Assembly (NCBI GenBank): GCA_963789265.1
Contig: CAWBKB010000003.1
Coordinates: 1,056,001 to 1,120,000, forward strand
Direction of reading: 5' to 3'
Source of the DNA: an uncultured delta proteobacterium
GTDB taxonomy: Bacteria; Desulfobacterota; Desulfomonilia; Desulfomonilales; Desulfomonilaceae
DNA: 64,000 bases
The translations under genes were made by a program, and so were the position numbers. This document shows, one piece after another, positions 11,827-22,208 of this stretch (position 1 is its first letter; each line of letters starts with the position of its first letter). A model generated the notes under the pieces. The model saw only the letters and a list, made by a program, of their open reading frames with translations. It was not told where the DNA came from and made no database searches.

Positions 11827-11870
11827 CCCTCAATCGGGCCTGGAACCATCGTTCCAGGCCCGATTGAGGG
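11827..11870. promoter_or_regulatory. Perfect 20-bp inverted repeat (hairpin) just upstream of czcB
   Basis: CCCTCAATCGGGCCTGGAAC-CATC-GTTCCAGGCCCGATTGAGGG. Confidence 0.7.
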
Positions 11871-12051
11871 GCTCCATTGCCCTATCAGCCTCACGTTCAA
11901 GTCTTCTAAACGTTTCGTTTTGCCTCTTCTGAACGGCCTCTACGCGTTTCCACCTCCGGTCGAGTTCAGAGCGAAGGCTGTCCGCCGACAGAGCCATAGG
12001 AACCGGAATCAATAAGATGATAAGAGCCAAAATAGCGGTGAGTCTTTTCAT
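11830..12051 (-). CDS. Small secreted helical protein (73 aa)
   Basis: Signal peptide MKRLTAILALIILLIPVPMALSA; GAGGAG RBS; co-oriented within the czc operon. Confidence 0.65.
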   Translation of the reverse strand: MKRLTAILALIILLIPVPMALSADSLRSELDRRWKRVEAVQKRQNETFRRLEREADRAMEPLNRAWNDGSRPD

Positions 12052-12259
12052 TGTACCGCTCCTCTGCGCTGCATTTGCAGCGCATCTCGGAAGATGCAGA
12101 GTGCATGCCGCGGTTTTCTCAAGTGATTTGCCCCTACTTCCTCCTGTGTCCGGGAAGAACCCGAGTGTGCAATCGTCTTGGATAGATGATGCTTGAAGAC
12201 GGCAGACCGCTACACACTCTTTCGCAGGCGAGACGCGGCGAATCTACTTCAGGAACGTA

Positions 12260-12718
12260 TCAAATGAGAAGCACAGTTGATTGGACTGCATGAAGAGATT
12301 GACTACATAGGCGAGAATGGCGGGAATTGTAGGCACATGGCGGAATAAAGGAACGTTCGGAATGGAGACCTGCTAGAGCCACATATTGGGCTCCTTGCAA
12401 CTTCAATGTCACCTTTGTGGCTGACGCGTTTTGGTTCAACGCGGTCAGCGATATGGGGACATCAAAGCAGGAGTCACACGTCCCACTGCAAGGGCTCACA
12501 AGGCAGTGATCTCCGGATTGGGTTGCGGAAGATAGAAAGCCACAACAACACACCGGCCACTCTACCTTCACGTGTCCGCTTGACTCAAAACACCACACCA
12601 GATGAGGTTGGGCAAGTGCAGCCACTGCAAGACACATTAAAATCCTGAGCTTTGTCTCGCGTATCGGTGTTAGAAATCTACTCATGATTGTTCTGCCCAG
12701 CCCTATCTCCCAATTCAA
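12260..12718 (-). CDS. Cys/His-rich putative exported protein leading the czc operon (start uncertain)
   Basis: Hydrophobic segment, then LVWCFESSGHVKVE..CCC..HC..C..CDSCFDVP, ending VQSTVLLI; first ORF after a good promoter. Confidence 0.6.
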   Translation of the reverse strand: MNWEIGLGRTIMSRFLTPIRETKLRILMCLAVAALAQPHLVWCFESSGHVKVEWPVCCCGFLSSATQSGDHCLVSPCSGTCDSCFDVPISLTALNQNASATKVTLKLQGAQYVALAGLHSERSFIPPCAYNSRHSRLCSQSLHAVQSTVLLI

Positions 12719-12769
12719 CCATTTCTAACTCGGGAACACATGCGCCCCGAACCGGGAATCTGGCACGGG

Positions 12770-12798
12770 ACCATAACAGTCTGTGGTGGAGCTGTCAA
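12770..12798 (-). promoter_or_regulatory. Sigma70-type promoter for the czc operon
   Basis: Minus strand TTGACA-N17-TATGGT with an extended TG. Confidence 0.6.
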
Positions 12799-12900
12799 TT
12801 TGTTTGCGGATTTTGTTGAAAATCTCGGATGTTGAAGTATCCAGTGGTATCTTTTGGAATCGTGAGAGTTTCATGAGGATCGGACGGCCGTCTCCACTAA

Positions 12901-13389
12901 TCAAAGCCTGAGAATCATGGTTAATTCTCTTTCGCCATGATCCATGGCCGTGAATCCGGAGTTTCGATAAAGTCGTATAGCTCTGAAATTGAACGATTCG
13001 ACGGTGAGCCAGAGCCTTCTCAATCCGATAGTCTTTGCGTCGTCAATGGCTAATTGCGTAAGGGCAGTACCGAGTCCGCGATTGCGAAAAGGTTCGCTGA
13101 CAAATATTACGTATTCTCCATCACTTCTGTCAAAATCCGGAATTACGGCTGCATGCCCCACGGCATTCCCTTCCGACCAAGCCAGGAAGTTTCTGCCGAA
13201 TTCTAAAAGCTTTTCAATCCACCTGTCCCTGACTTCTTTTTGCGCGGGTGGAAGCCCTTGACTTATAGCCAACCTCGGGAACCCGTCATACATTTTCTTG
13301 ATTTCAGATGAAGATTCAGGGTTGCATTTGCCTACTTCAAATGGGCAGCCCGTCTTGTCAACTCTGGAGATACGGCTAAGCGAGGTCAT
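12901..13389 (-). CDS. GNAT family N-acetyltransferase
   Basis: IFVSEPFRNRGLGTAL (motif A) and NFRAIRLYRNSGF. Confidence 0.88.
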   Translation of the reverse strand: MTSLSRISRVDKTGCPFEVGKCNPESSSEIKKMYDGFPRLAISQGLPPAQKEVRDRWIEKLLEFGRNFLAWSEGNAVGHAAVIPDFDRSDGEYVIFVSEPFRNRGLGTALTQLAIDDAKTIGLRRLWLTVESFNFRAIRLYRNSGFTAMDHGERELTMILRL

Positions 13390-13608
13390 TTCGCTTTTCC
13401 AGACCTGATGGATTTTGATTTGCAGCCCGGCAAAGACCTCAATGACCCTATTGTGAGTAGCATCATCGGCTCTCCGGAGAGGCTCGGGCGCAATACAACC
13501 GCTGGATCAGACTAGATAAACATTACCAACTGTATCGTCCAGCCAATATATCATCAACGGTTCCGAGCGGTCAAACCGGCCATCACAAATGGTGAGTTCG
13601 ATTCTCGA

Positions 13609-13820
13609 TTACAGCAATTGTTTGAACTCTTCAGGTGTAAGGCGGCGTCACGTACAATACCGCCCATAGTATATGCGTTTACCGGATCATGCCGGGGAAT
13701 AATAAGAATTCTGTGGCCATCCGACATGACGACGTGTTTCCCCTGACGTACAATAAGAAAGCCGGCCTTTTGCAAAGCACGTACGGCAGCCAAGTGGTCA
13801 ATGCCGGGAATTTTGCCCAT
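13609..13820 (-). CDS. hicA: HicA family toxin with a single-base deletion near 13643
   Basis: LQKAGFLIVRQGKHVVM..IPRH; restoring one G gives the typical ending RDAGLTPEEFKQLL* at 13609. Confidence 0.8.
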
Positions 13821-13824
13821 GAGG

Positions 13825-14022
13825 TTATACTGCTACCTCTATTTCACGGACTTCCGCATCAGGGAACAAGTCGTTTATGGCCGCCAAATACTCATGAATT
13901 GCATCTCGGATATTTTCGATGGCCTCCTCCTCCGTAACTCCCTGGGACCAACATCCCGGAAGACCTGGAACAGAGACACTATAACCTTCCTCTGAATGCC
14001 GAAGTACTACTTTATATTTCAT
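13825..14022 (-). CDS. hicB: HicB family antitoxin (short form, no DNA-binding domain)
   Basis: EEGYSVSVPGLPGCWSQGVTEEEAIENIRDAI. Confidence 0.88.
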   Translation of the reverse strand: MKYKVVLRHSEEGYSVSVPGLPGCWSQGVTEEEAIENIRDAIHEYLAAINDLFPDAEVREIEVAV

Positions 14023-14314
14023 GTTGGGATTCTCACTTCTATCTCTATCGCTTCCCAGGAAGTTCGCACGGCCCAACTACCAGAAACATTCCCTTCTCGC
14101 CCTGGAATGTCCGATATTTAAGTGGCCTTCGCCGTGGACATAAGTAAGTTCTCACGGAAAATTGGATAACACAAGCCGAACAAACATTTTCGTCACAAAA
14201 TCTTTGGTGAGTCCAAGCGTAGTATTGCGTTAATTTACAGGGGGTCTCGGGTGGGCATACGGATTAGATCATTTCGGAGCGGTTTGGTGACTAATTCTCT
14301 GAGACGTCAAATAA

Positions 14315-14373
14315 TGAAGACAGGGCGTCTCGCACGCGCTTAGATCGCCGACGTTGCGAGACACCTGTCTTCA
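14315..14373 (-). terminator. Long stem-loop immediately downstream of acs
   Basis: TGAAGACAGGGCGTCTCGCA ... TGCGAGACACCTGTCTTCA inverted repeat 12 bp past the acs stop. Confidence 0.55.
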
Positions 14374-14385
14374 CACTTTTGTTTG

Positions 14386-16350
14386 CTATTTGATCTCGAC
14401 ACGCTGCTTCACAAGGTTTTCCACAACTGACGAATCCGCGAGAGTGGTGATGTCCCCAAGCTCTTCAATCTGGCCAGCGGCTATTCTCTTCAGGATACGT
14501 CTCATGATTTTTCCGCTGCGGGTTTTGGGCAAGCCATCAGCCCATTGAATCACGTCCGGGGTCGCTATAGGACCGATTTGGGTCCGCACGAGCTTGACCA
14601 GTTCCTTCTTCAGATCTTCCGACTTCGGCACTCCGGTATTAAGGGTGACAAAGGCATAAATGCCTTGCCCTTTTATCGGATGCGGAAAGCCGACTACCGC
14701 GGCTTCTGCCACGTCGTTGTGAAGCACGAGGGCAGATTCCACTTCCGCAGTTCCCATACGATGCCCTGAAACGTTGATGACATCGTCGATGCGGCCGATA
14801 ATCCAGTAATAACCATCTTCATCCTTCTTGGCGCCGTCCCCGGTAAAGTACAGCCCCGGGACCCGCGAGAAGTAGGTTTCCCTGAAACGTTCATGATCGC
14901 CGAAAACGGTTCTCATCATCCCCGGCCAGGGCCTCTTTATGAAAAGAGCCCCTTCTTCGTTCGGATACTTGACCTCTTCGCCGGTTTCAGGGTCCAGAAT
15001 AACCGGATCGACCCCGAAGAATGGGAAAGAGCAGGAACCGGGCTTGATTGGGGCTACCCCAGGCAGCGGGGTCATCAACTGTGCACCTGTTTCTGTTTGC
15101 CACCATGTGTCCACAATTGGACACCAATCACGCCCTACATAATGATAATACCATCTCCATGCTTCGGGGTTGATGGGTTCCCCAACCGTTCCGAGAAGCT
15201 TGAGACTGGAGATATCATGTTTCTCTACATGGGTGCTGCCTTCTTTGGCCAAGGCACGTATGGCCGTCGGCGCGGTATAAAATTTGTCAACATGGAGTTT
15301 CTCAACTATGGCCCAGAATCGGTCAAAATCCGGATAGCTGGGAACGCCTTCGAACATCACGCTGGTGAATCCGCAGCACAGCGGCCCGTAAACTATGTAA
15401 CTATGACCGGTCACCCAGCCGATGTCCGCTGTGCACCAAAACGTTTCCTGAGGCTTCAGATCGAAGACCAGCTTGGTGGTCATGGCAACATTTAGCAAGT
15501 ACCCGGCCTGTGTGTGCAACACGCCCTTGGGTTTCCCGGTACTGCCGCTTGTGTAAAGGATATACAGGGGGTCTTCCGCATCCATGCGCTCCGGTTCCAC
15601 ATAGGATGGCAGAGATGGATCAGACATCAGTTCGTGCCACCATAATTCCTTTTTTGGATCGAGCTGGAGATTCAAGCTCGGGACTCGGCTAAATACAATG
15701 ACCTTTTCCACCGCGGGACATCGCTTCAATGCCTCGTCAACATTTGCTTTCAAGTTGAGATGCTTGCCCGCCCGGTAGCCGCCGTCGACTGTCACTACCA
15801 TCTTCGCCTTGCAATCTTCGATCCGGCTCGCGATGGATTCCGCGCTGAAACCGCCGAATATAACGCAGTGGATCGCCCCGATTCTGGCACAAGCCAACAT
15901 CGCTATGGGGAGTTCCACAATCATCGGCATGTAGATGATCACTCGGTCTCCCTTTTTTATGCCCTGAGCCTTGAGTACGGCCGCGAATTTGTTGACTTCC
16001 TTGTAAAGTTCCAGGTAGGTCACGACCCTGGATTCGGCGGGATCGTCTGCTTCCCAGTAGTAGGCCACTTTATTTCGTAGCTGGTCCAAGTGTCTGTCCA
16101 AGCAGTTGTAAGTGACGTTAAGGACGCCTCCGCCGAACCATTCAATGTTGGCCTTCTCGAAGTCGTAGCGGAGCACGAAATCCCAATCCTTGTACCAGGA
16201 AATATATTCCTTGGCTGCTTCACCCCAGAAGTTGTCTACGTCTTCAAGTGAGCGCCTGTACAGTTCCTTGTACTCCTCCATGCTTTTGATGTACGCGATC
16301 TTTCGATACTCCTCCAGATGGGCGTCGTACCATTTGGGAGCATTCTCCAT
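14386..16350 (-). CDS. acs: Acetate--CoA ligase (canonical Acs)
   Basis: [56 protein letters not shown]. Confidence 0.95.
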   Translation of the reverse strand: MENAPKWYDAHLEEYRKIAYIKSMEEYKELYRRSLEDVDNFWGEAAKEYISWYKDWDFVLRYDFEKANIEWFGGGVLNVTYNCLDRHLDQLRNKVAYYWEADDPAESRVVTYLELYKEVNKFAAVLKAQGIKKGDRVIIYMPMIVELPIAMLACARIGAIHCVIFGGFSAESIASRIEDCKAKMVVTVDGGYRAGKHLNLKANVDEALKRCPAVEKVIVFSRVPSLNLQLDPKKELWWHELMSDPSLPSYVEPERMDAEDPLYILYTSGSTGKPKGVLHTQAGYLLNVAMTTKLVFDLKPQETFWCTADIGWVTGHSYIVYGPLCCGFTSVMFEGVPSYPDFDRFWAIVEKLHVDKFYTAPTAIRALAKEGSTHVEKHDISSLKLLGTVGEPINPEAWRWYYHYVGRDWCPIVDTWWQTETGAQLMTPLPGVAPIKPGSCSFPFFGVDPVILDPETGEEVKYPNEEGALFIKRPWPGMMRTVFGDHERFRETYFSRVPGLYFTGDGAKKDEDGYYWIIGRIDDVINVSGHRMGTAEVESALVLHNDVAEAAVVGFPHPIKGQGIYAFVTLNTGVPKSEDLKKELVKLVRTQIGPIATPDVIQWADGLPKTRSGKIMRRILKRIAAGQIEELGDITTLADSSVVENLVKQRVEIK

Positions 16351-17272
16351 TTAATGACCCTCCTCTTTTGTTTTTTCGTCGGGGAACCGGCACGGAGCAA
16401 GGCGACGTGTCGGCGGTCCGGCGTGGAATTCTTTGGAGCAATGCTGAATGCGGACTGTCATCGGGGACACAGCACGGCCTTAGGCGTGTGTCCTTCCAGC
16501 GTCTCCTATTTGCAGCAGACTGCCGACGAGCGGCTGGAGACCAAGCCTAGCAGTCAACTGCTGCTACAGCCAAACATTAGGAATCCAATTTTAGAGTTGT
16601 TGAGGACCTCATGGTCCCGCCACCGCACGGTCGCTCCCTAAAAGGACTTATCCAAGCGCAGATCAACCGCGTCGGATAGACTCCAAATATCGCCTGAAAG
16701 ATTTATCAAAATTTCCGTAGAGTATGATTTCGGAAGGCTGGTGGACACGTCGAGACCCGTTGCACACTCGCCGGGCCGTCTCTTAGGAAGGAAAAACGCC
16801 ATCCTCACCTGCGTTACGGAAATATGCTTGACTGCACATCCGGATCGTGAAATTCCCCGTTCTTGGAGGACGTTGCACAAGAGTTCACTATAATATACTA
16901 TCGGAGGGAGCTTAATCGGTATGGGGACCAAATGTCAAGCAAGATCACCACAAAAAGTTTCGGGCTTTTTGCCGGGCCGGAAACCTTCCACAAATCAAAT
17001 CATTGTCCGGAGATCTCAAGTTCTCACCGGCCGACCGTCAAGCAAGGGCACGGCCATTGGTGCTTTTCCGGCCTTCTAATGATATGGTAAGGACGGTTTA
17101 GAGGGGCCGAGGTCCGTTCCGGACTGTTCAGCAGCCCGTTGCTTCTCAGAATTCGGCACAACCTCGAAGGGAAGGCCTCACTCACCTCATAGGGGGCCTC
17201 TAGTCCGCCGAGGCGCTGCGCTTCAAATTGAGGCTTGAAAAGTTCAAGTCATTCCCGTCCGTAAGCAAGAGC

Positions 17273-19219
17273 ATGAAGACAAGTGTTAATAGCTACGCGG
17301 TAGTTCCCGGTGCGGTTTTGCAATTCCTGGGCCGAACCATGCCGTTTAGCGAACTCGACCGTACGATCCTCGAAAACTTGTGCAGAGAATGCACCCTTGA
17401 GCATTTTCCCAAGGGATCGTTGATCCTAAAACAGGATGTAACTGACATCACGCATGTCTATCTAATTCAGACCGGCGGCGTGCGGATGAGCATGACTACG
17501 GACGCCAAAGTCGTTACGTTAAAGGAATACGGCGGGGAAGGAGCCTCATTTGGGGCTTCTTCGATCGTAGACGGGGAAAAGGCGTCATTTGACGTGGAGG
17601 CTGTGGAAGACACGTTCTGCCTTCTGATTCCCAGAGAGATATTCCTGTCTCTAATGAGTCAAAACCCTCGTCTGGCCGCTTACTACGACGAACACATCTC
17701 CGAAGACATGATGGGCGTGGTTTATTCCGAGTTAAGAACGGAGAAGGTCAGTCTTAGGGCGGAAGGATCTCTTCATCTATTCAACACCAGGGTAGTGGAC
17801 ATTATCAAACATCGGCCGGAAGTGGTGCAAGCGTCGGCATCGGTCCGGCAAGTGGCAGCGCTGATGGCAAAACAGGGGGTAAGTTCCTTGTTGGTCGAAG
17901 ACCTGTCCGGCAAGGCCATCGGCATAGTGACGAACTTGGATCTCAGAACCAAAGTGGTAGCCAAAGGGCTGGATTATGAAGCTTCGGTGGACCGGATCAT
18001 GTCTTCTCCGGTCAAGGTTGTCCCTGCCCTCGCCTTTTGCTTCGAGGCCCTCGTCACAATGATTCAGGAGCAGGTGGACTACCTTGCAGTAGAACATCGA
18101 AGAGAGATCATCGGTTTAATTAATGCCCGGGACATGATGGTGCATCTTGGATCTTCTCCACTCTATCTTTTCCGCGAGATCTCCACTCAACGAACCGTTC
18201 AAGGGCTTTACGGTCTGTCCAGGAAGGTGCCGATCCTCGTTCGAAGCTTGCTAGAGGCGGGCGCTAGGGCTGCCAGTGTCACCCAGATGCTCACCGTGTT
18301 CAGCGATCATCTTCTTAACCGCATTCTCACACTTATAGCGGAAGACTTGGGAGATCCCCCCTGTTCGTTTTGTTGGCTCGGTTTAGGTAGTGAAGGCCGG
18401 AGAGAACAGACATTCCGAACAGATCAGGATAATGCACTTGTCCACGAATCATTGCTTGACCCTGGGGATTGGAAGAAAGCTCAAGAGTATTTTCTCGCCT
18501 TTGCGACTCAGGCAGTAGAACATCTTGAAAAATCCGGAAATCCGCGGTGCAAAAACAACTTCATGTCTTCCAATCCACGCTGGTGCAAGGATTTCAAATC
18601 ATGGGTCAAATGTTTTGACGAGTGGATAACGACGCCAATGCCGCCGGACATATTCCTTTCGACAATATTCTTTGATTTCCGCTCTGTGGCGGGAAGCGCT
18701 TATCTTGCGGAGGACCTCCGGACAAGTGTGCTAAAAAGAGCCGGAAAGTACCATAACTTCTTAAAATACTTCCTCAAATATTTCTTATTGAACGAACCGC
18801 CCGTAACATTTTATGCAGATTCTGTTGTGGAAAAAGACGATACGAAGGTTGAAGTACTGGATCTAAAAACAAGGACCCTGACTCCCTTTGTGGAATTTGC
18901 GCGCATCATGTCTCTGCGACACGGGATCAGAGAAACTAACACGTTGGCAAGGCTTAGACATCTCGCGGATAAAGGCCACATATCGCTGGACTTGTACACT
19001 GATGCGAGTCAAGCTTACGAGTTCGACATCCATCTTACCCTGGTGCACCAACTCAAAATGGTGGAGATGGGCCGAAAGCCGGAAAACTTTGTATTGGCCG
19101 CAGACCTGTCCGAACTGGAGAGAAAAACTCTACAATTTTCTTTTTCGGTGATACAGGAACTGATGACGCATGTGAGACGCGAGTTTCAACAAGGGTCCCC
19201 TGAGCCTCGCGTGAGATAG
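17273..19219 (+). CDS. DUF294 putative nucleotidyltransferase: cNMP-binding + CBS pair + NTase + substrate-binding domain (copy 1)
   Basis: cNMP fold (FPKGSLIL..GEGASFG), CBS pair, GSEGRREQTFRTDQDNAL, TIFFDFR; start uncertain (17228-17273). Confidence 0.88.
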   Translation: MKTSVNSYAVVPGAVLQFLGRTMPFSELDRTILENLCRECTLEHFPKGSLILKQDVTDITHVYLIQTGGVRMSMTTDAKVVTLKEYGGEGASFGASSIVDGEKASFDVEAVEDTFCLLIPREIFLSLMSQNPRLAAYYDEHISEDMMGVVYSELRTEKVSLRAEGSLHLFNTRVVDIIKHRPEVVQASASVRQVAALMAKQGVSSLLVEDLSGKAIGIVTNLDLRTKVVAKGLDYEASVDRIMSSPVKVVPALAFCFEALVTMIQEQVDYLAVEHRREIIGLINARDMMVHLGSSPLYLFREISTQRTVQGLYGLSRKVPILVRSLLEAGARAASVTQMLTVFSDHLLNRILTLIAEDLGDPPCSFCWLGLGSEGRREQTFRTDQDNALVHESLLDPGDWKKAQEYFLAFATQAVEHLEKSGNPRCKNNFMSSNPRWCKDFKSWVKCFDEWITTPMPPDIFLSTIFFDFRSVAGSAYLAEDLRTSVLKRAGKYHNFLKYFLKYFLLNEPPVTFYADSVVEKDDTKVEVLDLKTRTLTPFVEFARIMSLRHGIRETNTLARLRHLADKGHISLDLYTDASQAYEFDIHLTLVHQLKMVEMGRKPENFVLAADLSELERKTLQFSFSVIQELMTHVRREFQQGSPEPRVR

Positions 19220-19316
19220 CTTACGTATCTTGATCGCGAGTGATTCGGAGCCGAGGATTTCAAATGAAGGCAGGCGGCCGACACTCCGAAGATTAAGCAA
19301 AGATAGAGGGAAGTCA

Positions 19317-21249
19317 ATGGAGAAGCAAAACGAGATTCCCGCAGCAGATCCGGCAGCCGTGCTGGAATTCCTTAGCCGCACGCGTCCTTTCAAAGATCTG
19401 GAGCCTTCTATCTTGAAGGAGGTTTCGGAAAAAGTTACCCAGGATTTTTATCCAAGAGGGACGATTATTCTCGAACAAGGCGTTAGTGAAGTAACTCACT
19501 TCCAACTCGTGACGCGAGGAGGAGTCAAGATCCAGCATATAGACCCGGATGGCTCGGCTAAGCTTGTAGATTTTATTGGGGAACGAGGCTATTTTGGGGC
19601 CCTTGGCATTATAAAGCAATCCCGGTCCAATCACATGGTTCAGGCCGAAGAGGACACTTTTTGCTATCTCCTGGAAAGAGAAATGTTTCTCAGGCTGGTC
19701 CATAGTTATCCTCCCTTTGCACAGGTCCTATCTGGATAGGTTTTCAGGGGACGTGCTAGGCGCGGCGTACACTGAGATGCGAGATCAAAAGAGGATTCGA
19801 TCAAATCGAGGTGGCCTGTTCCTATTCACAGCCAGAGTTAAAGATATCGTCAAGAGACCGGCTGAAGTTATAAACGGGCATGAAACGGTTCAGGCGGCCG
19901 CCCGCAAAATGGCCGATCTATCCCTGGGCTCTTTACTGGTACTGGACCAGGCCGGAAAAGTGGTGGGAATCGTCACGGACAACGATCTTAGAACCAAAGT
20001 GGTGGCGAAGGGCTTGGATTATGGCAGTTCGGTCCAATCCGTAGCCACTGCTCCGGTCAAATTCGTGCCCGACACTGCACCGGCTTTCGACGCGTTGCTG
20101 CAGATGATGAATCAACGGGTGCACCATCTCGCTGTGGAACGAGATGGAGATCTCATCGGCATGATTACGGCTCACGACATAATGATCCAGCAGGGGACCT
20201 CGCCTATCTCTCTTTTCAGAGAGATCGTGTCGCAGCGTACCATTGAGGGGCTCTACTCTCTCGGGGAAAAAGTGCCTCTTGTTGTTGCAACTCTCATTCA
20301 GGAAGGCGGCAAAGCCCAAGATATCACGAGAATGGTGGCTGCTCTAAACGACCACATAGTTACTCGCGTGTTGGCGTTGCTGGAAGAAGAGATCGGGCCC
20401 GCCCCATATCGTTGGTGCTGGCTCATGTTGGGCAGCGAAGGGCGTCTCGAGCAAACCTTTGCTACCGATCAAGACAATGCCTTGCTTTACGAGAACCCGC
20501 CGGACGACTGGGAACGCATCAAAACAGCTAAACTGTACTTCCGCAGATTTGGAAACGAAGCTGTCAAGCATCTTGAAGCGTGTGGGTACGCTCTGTGCAA
20601 AGGAAAGATGATGGCCTCCACGCCCAATTGGCGCAAGCCTTCCAAAGTTTGGCAAGGTTATTTTGACCGTTGGATGACATCTCCGGAGCCTCAGGCAGTC
20701 CTTCATGCCACCATATTCTTCGACTTCCGGCCAGGTTATGGCAGTTTTTCCCTCGGAGACCGCCTAAGAGAATATGTGGCGGAAGTGGCCCCGAGAAGAG
20801 AACTCTTCCTCATGCATCTCGCCAAAGATTGCCTCACCGGCAGAGCCCCCCTGACCTTTTTCAGAGAATTTGTAGTGGAGAAAGACGGCCAGCACAAGAA
20901 CCGCCTTGATCTCAAAACTAGAGGACTGGTTCCCTTCGTAGATTTTGCACGCGTCATGTCATTGAAATACGGTGTTAAGGAAACTAACACCCTTGCCAGA
21001 TTGAAGGCTCTGGCGGATGGCGAGCGTATTCCACGAGGTTTCTACGCGGAGGTACGCGAAGCCTACGAATTCCAGATGCAGGTACGCCTTGTTCATCAGC
21101 TCAGAAGGCTTTTAGCCGGGCTGACCCCGGACAATTACATTGATCCGGTGGATTTGACCGACACAGAGAAACAAACTCTTAAGGAGGCATTCGGCGTCAT
21201 CAATAGCATACAGACGCTTCTAAAAGAAGATATCAGAATCGTGGAATAG
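19317..21249 (+). CDS. DUF294 putative nucleotidyltransferase (copy 2), single-base frameshift near 19724
   Basis: Joining ORFs 19230..19739 and 19717..21249 gives the same architecture; GSEGRLEQTFATDQDNAL, TIFFDFR. Confidence 0.85.
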
Positions 21250-21295
21250 CAACCGCTCATGAGACGGTTCTGTCACCCGATGAGGGAGAATTTCT

Positions 21296-22003
21296 GTGAA
21301 ATTGAAGTGGCCATGGATTCGCAAGGATAAGCACTCCGCAATCGTTGCAAATCACCGGCGCTTCGAGAAATTTGACCGGACTAGGCCTATCGAAAGCTAT
21401 CAATTTGTCTCTCTTGACACCGAACTGACCGGACTCAATCTGCGTCGCGATGCAATAGTGTCTATCGGGGCAGTGCGCATAGATGGCTTGCAAATAATCA
21501 CAGGGGAAACCTTTTTTTCGTACGTGAAACCTCAGCAGTCCATGCCCAAGGCGAGCACACTAATACACCGGATAACTCCGGATCAGATCGAAAGTGCACC
21601 GGAGCTGAGAAAGGTTTTGCCCGATTTTGTGGATTTCCTTCATGGCGCTCTGTTGGTAGGTCATTTCATCGGACTTGACCTGGCGTTCATAAACAGGGCA
21701 GCACGGAGGCTTATGGGCGGGCCATTGCGAAACCCTTGCCTGGATTCCATGAAGCTGGCCCAGGTCTATGAAGAGCGGCAGCGAGGGAGCTATTACGACA
21801 GGATTGAAGTGGCGGCTGGATACAACCTTAAAACGCTCTCGAGAAAATACCGTCTGCCGACATTCGAACAGCACGATGCCCTTGGAGACGCGTTCCAGGC
21901 TGCGTGTTTGTTTGTATTCATAGTCAAAAAGATGCAAGGGTTCGGATGCAAAACTCTCGTAGATCTTCATACAATGAGCAGAAGCAGCTTGGGGCTGATT
22001 TGA
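21296..22003 (+). CDS. DEDDh 3'-5' exonuclease (DNA Pol III epsilon-like)
   Basis: LDTELTG, GHFIGLD, HDALGDA; typical partner of DUF294 genes. Confidence 0.9.
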   Translation: MKLKWPWIRKDKHSAIVANHRRFEKFDRTRPIESYQFVSLDTELTGLNLRRDAIVSIGAVRIDGLQIITGETFFSYVKPQQSMPKASTLIHRITPDQIESAPELRKVLPDFVDFLHGALLVGHFIGLDLAFINRAARRLMGGPLRNPCLDSMKLAQVYEERQRGSYYDRIEVAAGYNLKTLSRKYRLPTFEQHDALGDAFQAACLFVFIVKKMQGFGCKTLVDLHTMSRSSLGLI

Positions 22004-22072
22004 ATCTCTTATGCCAGTGCGCGATCAAACGGTGAACAATCAACGGAATACGGCACGGATCCGACAAAGCCT

Positions 22073-22165
22073 CCCGCGGGACGCGGGATGGCACCCATGA
22101 CCCGATATTGACTGGATGTTGGGTGCCACTGACCTGAGCACCATCATGGCGCCAGGTCAGTGCCC
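22073..22165. repeat. Palindromic intergenic repeat cluster
   Basis: CCCGCGGGACGCGGG motif (also near 10306, 32274, 63766), TGGCACCCA/TGGGTGCCA and CACTGACCTG/CAGGTCAGTG inverted pairs. Confidence 0.6.
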
Positions 22166-22208
22166 TTTCCTATCGCCCCATTCTCACTTGCTTGAAAGCG
22201 AATCGGTA

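Noticed and set aside
12052..12259. NiCo (czcD) riboswitch in the czc operon
   Set aside because: Some hairpins are present but I could not match the conserved four-way-junction sequence; an Rfam search would be decisive
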